This document shows positions 44,401 through 54,421 of a DNA stretch of 64,000 nucleotides, piece after piece (within the stretch, counting starts at the first letter, position 1; every line of letters starts with the position of its first letter). This DNA comes from Thermoanaerobaculia bacterium (GTDB taxonomy: Bacteria; Acidobacteriota; Thermoanaerobaculia; Multivoradales; JBCCEF01), in contig DATACC010000207.1 in NCBI GenBank assembly GCA_036259255.1, positions 2,644-66,643 on the forward strand, written 5' to 3'. The notes beneath the pieces are model-generated. The model saw nothing but the letters and a program-made list of their open reading frames with translations. It did not search any database and was not told the DNA's origin. Position numbers and translations under genes: made by a program.

Positions 44401-46299
44401 TCACTCCATCCCGAGGTGGTCCCGGATCGCCCCCAGGAACTTCGGCCCGAGGTCCGCCGCTTTCTTTTCGCCGACGCCGTAAACGGTGAGCAGCTCCGCC
44501 TGCGTGGTCGGGCGCACGCGGGCCATGTCGCGGAGCATCGAGTCGTGGAAGATGACGTAGGGCGGTACGCCGCGCTCGCGGGCGATCTCCAGGCGCAGGT
44601 CGCGCAGCGTGTCGAACAGGGGGCGGTCGACGCCCTCCCAGGACTCGGCGTCGGCCTTGCTCTCGCGGCGGCTCTTGGCGGCGCGCTTCGGCTCGCGGTA
44701 GAGGTCCGGGGCCTCGCGGCCCTTGAGCAGCTCGCGACCCGCCGAGGTGACGTGCAGCACCGGGTAGCGGTCGCCGGCCTGTTCGAGGAAGCCCTGGTCG
44801 AGGAGCTGCTCGATCCAGCCGCGCACCTGGCGGGGGGATTCGTCCGCCAACAGGCCGAAGGTGGAGAGCTGGTCGTGGGCGCGCTCGCGCACCTTGTCCG
44901 TGTCGCGACCCCGCAGCACGTCCATCACGTGGGTCACGCCGAAGGACTCGCGCACCCGCAGCACGCAGGAGAGCACCTTCTGCCCCACCACCAGGCCGTC
45001 CTCCACTCGCTCGAGGTCGTCCAGCTCGCCCAGGCAGTGGTCGCAGGCGCCGCAGTCGCCACGCTCGAGGCGCTGCCCGAAGTACTCGACCAGCGCCCGG
45101 TGCCGGCAGCGCGGCAGCGAGGCGTAGCGCTGCATGTCGGAGAGCAGCCGCCGGTCGTTGTCCGTCAGCTCGCCGTCCTGGGCCACCAGGCGGCGCCAGG
45201 TGTGGAAGTCGCTCGGCGAGTAGATCAGCGCGCACTCCGCCGGCAAGCCGTCGCGGCCGGCGCGGCCCGACTCCTGCTGGTAGTGCTCCAGCGACCGCGG
45301 CGAGGCGACGTGCACCACGAAGCGCACGTCGGAGCGGTCGATGCCCATGCCGAAGGCCACCGTCGCCACGATGACGTCCACCCGCGCCTGGGAGAACTCC
45401 TCCTGGTGCCGGGAGCGGTCGGCATCGGCCAGGCCGGCGTGGTACGGCCGCGCCGACACCCCCCAGCTCTGCAGCCGGTCGGCGAGGGACTCCACCTCGC
45501 GGCGCGAGATGCAGTAGACGATGCCCGCCTCCCCCGGATGACGGTCGATCACCGCCCGGAGCTGGGCGTCCAGGTTGCGCCGCCGCTCCACCCGATAGAC
45601 GAGGTTGGGCCGGTCGAAGGAGCCCACCAGCACCTCCGGGGCGGCGAGGCCGAGCTGCGCGCAGATGTCCTCGCGCACCCGCGCCGTGGCGGTGGCCGTG
45701 AAGGCGTGGATCGAGCTGCCCGGAAACTCCTCCTTGAGGCGGCCGAGCTCCCGGTAGCTGGGCCGGAAGTCGTGTCCCCACTGGCTGATGCAGTGGGCTT
45801 CGTCGATGGCGAAGAAGGGGACCTGCCGCCCGCGCAGCCAGGCCCGGAAGCCGCCCCCCTCGCCCACCAGCCGCTCCGGCGAGACGTAGAGCAGCCGATA
45901 GCGGCCGGCGCCGAGGCCGGTGCGCACCTCGCGGCGCTCTTCCGGACTCATCGCACTGTGGAAGCAGGCGGCAGCCACGCCGTTGGCGACCAGGCCGTCG
46001 ACCTGGTCCTTCATCAACGAGATCAGCGGCGACACCACCACCGCGGGGCCGCCGCCCTCCTCGAGCAGCGCCGGCGCCTGGTAGCAGACCGACTTGCCGC
46101 CGCCGGTGGGCAGCACCACCACCGAGTCACGCCGCGCCAGCACCGCCGCCATCGCTTCGCGCTGCAGCGGCCGGAAGTCGGCGTAGCCCCAGGTGCGGCG
46201 CAGCAGCTCGCGCAGGCGCGGCTCGGCCCCGCTTTCGGTCTCGGTGGATTCCGTCGCTTCGGTCGCAAACAGCGCATCGTTCGGCATCGTCCCGATCAT
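44401..46299 (-). CDS. recQ: ATP-dependent DNA helicase RecQ
   Basis: 632 aa. Contains FRPLQREAM, LPTGGGKSVCYQ and FAIDEAHCISQWGHDFRP. The Zn/RQC region carries CRH..L..YFG...C..CD.C. The C-terminal HRDC-like domain reads LFDTLRDLRLEIARERGVPPYVIF. Confidence 0.93.
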   Translation of the reverse strand: MIGTMPNDALFATEATESTETESGAEPRLRELLRRTWGYADFRPLQREAMAAVLARRDSVVVLPTGGGKSVCYQAPALLEEGGGPAVVVSPLISLMKDQVDGLVANGVAAACFHSAMSPEERREVRTGLGAGRYRLLYVSPERLVGEGGGFRAWLRGRQVPFFAIDEAHCISQWGHDFRPSYRELGRLKEEFPGSSIHAFTATATARVREDICAQLGLAAPEVLVGSFDRPNLVYRVERRRNLDAQLRAVIDRHPGEAGIVYCISRREVESLADRLQSWGVSARPYHAGLADADRSRHQEEFSQARVDVIVATVAFGMGIDRSDVRFVVHVASPRSLEHYQQESGRAGRDGLPAECALIYSPSDFHTWRRLVAQDGELTDNDRRLLSDMQRYASLPRCRHRALVEYFGQRLERGDCGACDHCLGELDDLERVEDGLVVGQKVLSCVLRVRESFGVTHVMDVLRGRDTDKVRERAHDQLSTFGLLADESPRQVRGWIEQLLDQGFLEQAGDRYPVLHVTSAGRELLKGREAPDLYREPKRAAKSRRESKADAESWEGVDRPLFDTLRDLRLEIARERGVPPYVIFHDSMLRDMARVRPTTQAELLTVYGVGEKKAADLGPKFLGAIRDHLGME

Positions 46300-46396
46300 C
46301 CCCCAAACAGGGAGAACGGAAAAGCGCCCGGCACGAGGACCGTGCCGGGCGAGGAAACCCTGCGCCTGCCAGACGTCGGGTGCCGCCGGAGCGCGC

Positions 46397-47716
46397 TCAG
46401 TGCATCGGAGCGACCGTCACGTACAGGCCCTGGTAGGCCGCCTCGGCCTGCCCCACCGACCAGTAGTCGGTGCAGATGTTGCGGTCCCGGTGGGCGGTGT
46501 AGAAGAGCTCGCGGCCGTCGGTGGTGTACAGCGGCGCCGCACCCGTGTAGCCGACGCCGTAGTCCGCCGGTACCGGCCGGGCACCGGGCAGGCGTCCGAG
46601 GGTCTGCATCGGGCCGATGCCCCAGGTTGCCGGGTCCACCACGTGGAAGGCCGGCTCCGAGGTGGCAATGCCGCTGTTCAGGATGTAGGCGTTCTCCGTG
46701 CCGGTGCACCCCGGCGGGAGCTCCCGGTTGCTGCCCCGGGCGCGGTGGAACCCCCGCCATAGCTCGTAGCGGCCGAGGATCGGGTTGTGCACGAAGGTCG
46801 CACCCGGTCCGAAGCCGCCGACGTGGGGCAGGATGTCGATCGGGTTGAAGTCGATGCTGCCGTCCGGCGGGAGCTGCACGAACCAGCCGGTGGCCTGGTT
46901 CATCACCCACACCATGCGGTCGAAGGTCGCCGGGTTGTAGGCCACCTGGAGGAAGCCGGTCGACGGCGCCCAGCCCTGACCGACACCGAAGCGGAAGACT
47001 CCCTGGAAGATCAGCCAACCCGCCGAGGTCCCCGTCTGCTGCAGGTGCACGTCGATCAGCGACAGGCTGTCGGTGGCGTAGTTGCAGGCCGAGCCGTCGG
47101 GCCGGGTGTTGTTGCTCTTGCAGCGGCGGCTCGGCGCCACCTGGATCAGCGTGCGCCAGTCGCTGAAGTCACGCCACTTGCCGAAGCCGCTGGACCGGGC
47201 GAGACGCACCTCCCAGAAGTCCGAGCCGTTGCTCACCCCGAAGTTGATGAAGCCCTCGCCGTTGCTGCCCTTGAACGGCTGTCCCTGGGTGCGGTTCGGA
47301 TGCACCCAGCCCGGCTCGCAGTCGGAGACGCGCACCACGTTGTCCGGATCGTTGCGCCAGGTGCTCGAGAGCTGGTTCCACGGGGTCTGCTCCTGGCCGC
47401 CGGGATAGACGAACAGGATCACCTCGTCGGCGTGGCAGCCCGCGTAGCCGGGGCGCAGCGGCGCCGCGTCGCTCTGGCCGCCGCTGACGTAGAGGAAGGT
47501 GGCGAGCTGACCGGTGTGGGGATCGATGTCCTGCACGGCCGTCGGTCCGTAGTACACCCCATTGCCCTCGAGCCCGAAGTGCGGCCACGGGTTGGAGGGG
47601 TCGGAGAAAAAGACCGGATCGACCAGGATCGTATCGCTGCCCAGGGTATAGGACTGGGCGGCGAGGGGTGACGCCAAGGCGCCGAGGAGGACGAGAAGTG
47701 CGAGGATGCGCTGCAT
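46397..47716 (-). CDS. Secreted Cys-containing protein of unknown family, tandem paralog A
   Basis: 439 aa from ATG 47716, preceded by GGAGAG. The signal peptide is MQRILALLVLLGALASPLAAQ. Six Cys residues are conserved with paralog B. I recognise no motif. Confidence 0.75.
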   Translation of the reverse strand: MQRILALLVLLGALASPLAAQSYTLGSDTILVDPVFFSDPSNPWPHFGLEGNGVYYGPTAVQDIDPHTGQLATFLYVSGGQSDAAPLRPGYAGCHADEVILFVYPGGQEQTPWNQLSSTWRNDPDNVVRVSDCEPGWVHPNRTQGQPFKGSNGEGFINFGVSNGSDFWEVRLARSSGFGKWRDFSDWRTLIQVAPSRRCKSNNTRPDGSACNYATDSLSLIDVHLQQTGTSAGWLIFQGVFRFGVGQGWAPSTGFLQVAYNPATFDRMVWVMNQATGWFVQLPPDGSIDFNPIDILPHVGGFGPGATFVHNPILGRYELWRGFHRARGSNRELPPGCTGTENAYILNSGIATSEPAFHVVDPATWGIGPMQTLGRLPGARPVPADYGVGYTGAAPLYTTDGRELFYTAHRDRNICTDYWSVGQAEAAYQGLYVTVAPMH

Positions 47717-47830
47717 CGTGAAGCTCTCCATGGGTTGATGTCTGCGGCCGGCATCGGCGCCGTGCGACGGCGGCGAGGGACCGGCAGGGATGCGCGGCAT
47801 GCGGCGGACCGGTACCGATTCGACCCCGTG

Positions 47831-49174
47831 CTACGGGCTGGTGATCCGCCGCAGCGGCTCCATGTTCGTGACGGTGACGTACAGGCCCTGGTAGGCAGCC
47901 TCGGCCTGGCCGCTTCCCCAGTCGTCGGTGCAGATGTTGCGGTCGCGATGGCCGGTGTAGAAGAGCTGCCGTCCATCGGTCGTATAGAGCGGCCCCGCTC
48001 CGGTGTAACCGGCCCCGTAGTCCGCCGGCAGCGGGCGCGCGGTGGAAACCCGCGACACGGTCTGCATCGGCCCGAGGGACCAGGTCGACGGATCCATGAC
48101 GTGGAACACCGGCTCGCTGGTGCCCTGCCCTCCGCCGTTGTTCTGGTACGCCGTCTCGGTTCCGGTGCAGCCCGGCGGCGGCACAGTGTTGGTTCCCGGC
48201 GCGCGGTGGAAGCCTCGCCACAGCTCGTAGCGGTCGAGGATCGGGTTGTAGACGAAGCTCGCCGGCGGTCCGAACCCCGCGCTGGTGCCGGGGGTCATGT
48301 CGATCGGGTCGAAGTCGATGCTGCCGTCCGGCGGCAACTGGACGAACCAGCCGGTCGCCTGGTTCATCACCCACACCATGCGCTCGAAGGTCGCGGGATT
48401 GTAGACGACCTGGATGAAACCGGTAGACGGCGCGAAGCCCATGCCGGCGCCGAAGCGGAAGGCGCCCTGGAACACCAGCCAGCCGGCCGAGCTCCCGGTC
48501 TGCTGCAGATGCACGTCGACCAGCGTGAGGTTGTCGCTGGGATAGTTGCAGAAGCTGCCGTCGGGGCGCTTGCCGTCGGGCTTGCAGCGCCGGCTCGGTG
48601 CCGCCTGGATCAGGGTGCGCCAGTCGCTGAAGTCACGCCACTTGCCGGAGCCGCTCGAGCGGGCGAGGCGCACCTCCCAGAAGTCGCGGGCATTGCTGAC
48701 GCCGAAGGTGATGAAACCCTCGCCGTTGCTCCCCGCGAAGGGCTGCCCGTGGGTGCGGTACGGCGAGACCACCCCGTTCTCGCAGTCGGAGACGCGCACC
48801 ACGTTGTCCGGATCGTTGCGCCAGGTGCTCGGAAACTGGTTCCACGGGGTCTGTTCCTGGCCGGCCGGGTAGACGAAGAGGATCACCTCGTCGGCATGGC
48901 AGTTCACGTACCCCGGGCGCAGCGGCCCGGAGTCGCTCTGGCCGCCGTTGACGTAGAGGAAGGTGGCCGGTTGCCCGGTCCGAGGATCGGTATCCTGCAC
49001 CGCCAGGGCGCCGAAGTAGGTGCCGTTACCCTCCAGGCCGAAGGATGGCCAGGGGTTGGACGGGTCGGAGAAGAAGACCGGATCGATGAGGATGGTGTCC
49101 GGCCGCAGGGTCGCCGCCGAGACGGGTGGTGCCAGGACCGCCAGCAGCAGCAGGATCGAGAGGACTCGTCGCAT
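47831..49174 (-). CDS. Secreted Cys-containing protein of unknown family, tandem paralog B
   Basis: 447 aa from ATG 49174, preceded by AAGGAGAT. The signal peptide is MRRVLSILLLLAVLAPPVSAA. It is collinear with paralog A along the whole length. Confidence 0.75.
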   Translation of the reverse strand: MRRVLSILLLLAVLAPPVSAATLRPDTILIDPVFFSDPSNPWPSFGLEGNGTYFGALAVQDTDPRTGQPATFLYVNGGQSDSGPLRPGYVNCHADEVILFVYPAGQEQTPWNQFPSTWRNDPDNVVRVSDCENGVVSPYRTHGQPFAGSNGEGFITFGVSNARDFWEVRLARSSGSGKWRDFSDWRTLIQAAPSRRCKPDGKRPDGSFCNYPSDNLTLVDVHLQQTGSSAGWLVFQGAFRFGAGMGFAPSTGFIQVVYNPATFERMVWVMNQATGWFVQLPPDGSIDFDPIDMTPGTSAGFGPPASFVYNPILDRYELWRGFHRAPGTNTVPPPGCTGTETAYQNNGGGQGTSEPVFHVMDPSTWSLGPMQTVSRVSTARPLPADYGAGYTGAGPLYTTDGRQLFYTGHRDRNICTDDWGSGQAEAAYQGLYVTVTNMEPLRRITSP

Positions 49175-49308
49175 GCAGATCTCCTTGAGGGATGACAGCC
49201 TCGCCGAAGGGCCCAGACGCCTGGGCCGGCCAAGCGAGGATGCAGCGAGTATACAGGCCTATCGCTGCATACACAACTATCATAGCTGATGACTCAGTAG
49301 ATCCTGGC

Positions 49309-49974
49309 ATGCACACACTGCAGATCCTGCTCGAGGAGGGTTCCCTGGTGGCGGTCGACAAGCCGTCCGGAATGCTGGTGCACCGCGGCTGGGGGCGGGA
49401 CCGGGTGGTGGCGATGACGGTGGTGCGCGACCTGCTCGGCCGCCGCGTCTACCCGGTTCACCGGCTGGACCGCGGCACTAGCGGCGTCCTGCTCTTCGCC
49501 CTCGACCCGGGCACCGCCCGAGCGGTCCAGGAGCGCTTCCAGGAGGGCCGGGTCGAAAAGCGGTACCTGGCCCTGGTGCGCGGCGTCGCACCGGAGGCCG
49601 GCCTGATCGATCATCCGCTGCCTCGGGCCAAGGACAAGCGCTCCGAGCGAATTCCCGCGGTCACCGAGTTCCGCTGCGTGCAGGTCGTGGGGCGCTACTC
49701 GCTGGTCGAGGCGGTGCCGCACACCGGGCGCCTGCACCAGGTACGCCGCCACCTCAAGCACCTCTCGCTACCGCTCGTCGGCGACGTCGAGTATGGCAAG
49801 GGCGAGCACAACCGTCTGTTCCGCGAACGCCACGGGCTCCACCGCCTGGCGCTGCACGCGGCGAGCCTCGCCCTGCCCCACCCGGCCGACGACCGGCCGC
49901 TGCGGATCGAGGCGCCGCTGCCGGAGGACCTGCGTGGGCCGCTGGTGAGCGCCGGGTTCCTGCTCGGCGACTAG
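49309..49974 (+). CDS. truC: RluA-family pseudouridine synthase without S4 domain (TruC-like)
   Basis: 221 aa from ATG 49309. Contains LVAVDKPSGMLVHR and the catalytic motif HRLDRGTSGVLLFA, followed by PHTGRLHQVRRHL and LHRLALHA. Confidence 0.8.
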   Translation: MHTLQILLEEGSLVAVDKPSGMLVHRGWGRDRVVAMTVVRDLLGRRVYPVHRLDRGTSGVLLFALDPGTARAVQERFQEGRVEKRYLALVRGVAPEAGLIDHPLPRAKDKRSERIPAVTEFRCVQVVGRYSLVEAVPHTGRLHQVRRHLKHLSLPLVGDVEYGKGEHNRLFRERHGLHRLALHAASLALPHPADDRPLRIEAPLPEDLRGPLVSAGFLLGD

Positions 49975-49981
49975 AGCCGGG

Positions 49982-51214
49982 TCAGTTCCCGTCCAGCCAG
50001 CGCAGGATCTCGGATTCGAGCACCGCCCGGTGGTGGGGCGCGAACCACAGGTCGGAGTGGCCGTAGGCCGGCAGGTAGACGCGGGTGACGGGCGCGCTGG
50101 TGAACAGGTGCTCCAGGTCGTCGTCGAGGGGGCCGAAGCCGAGGCCGCCGCCGAGCAGCAGCACCGGGGCGGTGAACGCGTCCAGGTCGTCGGTGTGGGT
50201 GCGGTCGCCGGCGATCGAGCACGCCACGTCGGCCAGGCTGCGGTTGTCCGTGTAGTCGAAGAATGCCAGGCTGTGGGCGATCACCCGGTCGTCGGAGCAG
50301 TAGAAGAACTCGTCCTCTTCGACGCTGCCGTCGCAACGCCGGAACTCCGGCGTCGGCCACAGCGGCCCCGGCTGCGGCACGGCGAGGAGGAACACCAGCA
50401 CCTGGTGGTTGGTGAAGCCGGGCGGGAAGCCCGGCAGCGGGGTGAGCTCGTCCGGCGCCGCGGCGGCGAGCCGGGCGATCAGGCGCACGGTCGGCAAACT
50501 GACGCCGTCGTAGACCTGCCCCGCGGCCAGCGCCGCCTCGGCGCCGGCGCAGTACCCGGCGTTGAGTGCGCGGATCGCGGGATCGTCGCTGTACAGGCCG
50601 CCGTCGAGGATCATCGCCCCCGCCCAGCCGGAGGGCGCCGCGTCGACAATGCCGATCGTCGAAATGGCGCCCATCGAGTAGCCGCCGAGCACCGGCGCGA
50701 TACCCGGCAGCACCTCGCCCATCCGCTCGCGGATCCACAGCACGTCGGCCGTGGTGGCGGCGATCCCCCAGGTGGCCATCGGCGCGCAGTCGACGGCGCC
50801 GCTCTCGCAGTCGCCGGAGCGCAGGTCGTACCCGCGGTAGGTGTAGCCCCACACCTCGAACCCGTGATGCGCGAAGAAGGCGGCGAAGGAGCTGCCGTAG
50901 GCCCCGTGCTCGTCGACCTCGTAGAAGCCGAACGGATTCGACAGCGGCGGCACCAGCAACAAGGCGCCGCGCGGTGCCTGCGGGCCACCCCTGAGCAGGC
51001 GGTGCATCCGGAAGCGGTTCACCGGCGCGTCGCCGGCCTGCACGGTCCAGTCGGTGCGCACCAGGTGCCCCGGGAGGGTGACCTCCTCGACGCCGAGCAC
51101 CTGGTAGTCCCCGGCCGCCGCCGCGGGCGCCGCCAGCAGAGCGAGGAGGAGGACGGCGAGGAGGCGGTGAGCAGACACGGCGAACGGACGTCCCATGGGA
51201 GGTCTCCTGGTCAT
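49982..51214 (-). CDS. Exported alpha/beta-fold hydrolase
   Basis: 410 aa with a signal peptide. It has a GYSMG nucleophile elbow and a C-terminal ..YGHSDLW histidine region. The specific function is unknown. Confidence 0.75.
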   Translation of the reverse strand: MTRRPPMGRPFAVSAHRLLAVLLLALLAAPAAAAGDYQVLGVEEVTLPGHLVRTDWTVQAGDAPVNRFRMHRLLRGGPQAPRGALLLVPPLSNPFGFYEVDEHGAYGSSFAAFFAHHGFEVWGYTYRGYDLRSGDCESGAVDCAPMATWGIAATTADVLWIRERMGEVLPGIAPVLGGYSMGAISTIGIVDAAPSGWAGAMILDGGLYSDDPAIRALNAGYCAGAEAALAAGQVYDGVSLPTVRLIARLAAAAPDELTPLPGFPPGFTNHQVLVFLLAVPQPGPLWPTPEFRRCDGSVEEDEFFYCSDDRVIAHSLAFFDYTDNRSLADVACSIAGDRTHTDDLDAFTAPVLLLGGGLGFGPLDDDLEHLFTSAPVTRVYLPAYGHSDLWFAPHHRAVLESEILRWLDGN

Positions 51215-51366
51215 CGGATCGTGGGGTTGTCGATCAGTACGTGCCTCGGTTCGCGGAACGCGGGACAGGATCGGTGGGTTCGCTCACGATCCAGCGGGAA
51301 CGGTTCCGCCGCGTTGCTCCTGGCAGCGGCTGTCGGAGAGCTCGGAGCAGCGGGTATCCTTGCCCC

Positions 51367-52032
51367 ATGACGCTGCTCCACACCGCCCACGTGCCCGCCG
51401 GGGAGGGACCCTTCCCCACCGTCCTCGCGCTCCACGGCTGGGGCGCCAGCGCCCACGACCTGCTGGGTCTCTCGCCGCTGGTCCACGGCGGCCGGGCGCT
51501 GGTGCTCTGTCCCCAGGGGGAGGCGGAGGTACCGATCGGCGGCGGCGCCGTCGGCCACGGCTGGTTTCCGCTGGTGCCCGGCCAGCCGCCGGACCCGGAG
51601 GCGTTCCGCCGCGCCCTGGCGTCCATCGAGCAGTTCGTGGACACGGCCGCCGAGCGCTACCCGGTGGACCCGGAGCGCCTGATGGTGCTCGGCTTTTCCC
51701 AGGGTGGCTTGATGGCCTACGGCCTGGCCCTCGGCCGGCCCGAGCGCTTCGCCGGCCTCGCCGCCCTGTCATCCTGGTTCCCCGCCCCGCTGGCCGAGGT
51801 CCTGCCGCCCACCGAAGCCCACCACGACCTGCCGGTGCTGGTGGTCCACGGCACCCGCGACACGCTGGTGGACGTGGAGCGCGCCCGCGAGTCCCGGGAG
51901 CGCCTGCGTCCCTATGGCGTGCGCCTGATGTACCGCGAGCTCGACATGGCCCACGAGATCTCGCGCGAGGCGCTGACGGTGATCCTGCGCTGGATCGACG
52001 AGCGGGCGCTGGGGGCGGCGGCACCGGGTTGA
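51367..52032 (+). CDS. Phospholipase/carboxylesterase-family alpha/beta hydrolase
   Basis: 221 aa from ATG 51367. Contains LALHGWGAS, the nucleophile elbow GFSQGG, VVHGTRD and the trailing ..DMAHEIS. Confidence 0.8.
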   Translation: MTLLHTAHVPAGEGPFPTVLALHGWGASAHDLLGLSPLVHGGRALVLCPQGEAEVPIGGGAVGHGWFPLVPGQPPDPEAFRRALASIEQFVDTAAERYPVDPERLMVLGFSQGGLMAYGLALGRPERFAGLAALSSWFPAPLAEVLPPTEAHHDLPVLVVHGTRDTLVDVERARESRERLRPYGVRLMYRELDMAHEISREALTVILRWIDERALGAAAPG

Positions 52033-52107
52033 GGCCGCCGCGCGGGTTGTGCGCCACCCTCCGCAGCCCTGCCCCGCAGGCGGCGTTTCCGCGCCGAGGT
52101 CGCCGGT

Positions 52108-53742
<1,635 letters not shown>

Positions 53743-53870
53743 GGCGAACGAGCCTCCGCGAAACGGTTCTCGAAAGTGTCGGCTGCGGTGGTTGGAGTGG
53801 GCGCCGGCGACAGCGGCGCCGCCGGGCATCGTAGCCCACCGGCGCCGGGGGCCGCAACGCGACGGCCGGG

Positions 53871-54269
53871 TCAGCCGGAGTCCTCGTCCCGCGCCTCGAA
53901 GTAGCGGTCGCCGGCGGCCCAGGCGATGACCAGGAAGCCGGCAATCAGCAGCAGGCCGCCCAGCGGGGTGATGGCGCCGACGAACGGCGGCGCTCCGAGG
54001 GCGAGGGCGAAGACGGTGCCGCTGAACACCACCGTGCCGGCGAGGAGCATGGCGCCGGCGGCGAGCAGCAGCCGGGTCGCCCACAAGCGTTCCAGCACGC
54101 CCGAGACGAGCGTGCCGAGGGCGCCGTACATCAGGTAGCGGGCGGCGGTCTCCCACAGCGCCAGGGCGCGGGGGTCGAGGCTGTCGGCGAGGGCGTGGGC
54201 GCCGAAGGCTCCCGCGCCCACCGCGGCCGCGGCGAGCACCGCTCCCAGCGCGATCATCCAGTGTCCCAT
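53871..54269 (-). CDS. DUF423-type small membrane protein (YgdD/TMEM256-like)
   Basis: 132 aa from ATG 54269, preceded by GAGGAGG. It has four TM helices and a GAGAFGAHAL motif. Confidence 0.8.
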   Translation of the reverse strand: MGHWMIALGAVLAAAAVGAGAFGAHALADSLDPRALALWETAARYLMYGALGTLVSGVLERLWATRLLLAAGAMLLAGTVVFSGTVFALALGAPPFVGAITPLGGLLLIAGFLVIAWAAGDRYFEARDEDSG

Positions 54270-54421
54270 CGGCACCTCCTCACGACGTGGCGGGTTCCGT
54301 TGGCGGTTCGCGGCTCGGTCCGATTCTAGGCGTAGCAAGATTCCCGCCGCTGCGGCGCCGGCGCGGCGTGGACTGGCAGCAGCGGCCCCGCAGTGGCCCG
54401 GCCGCGTTAGAGTCTGGCGTC

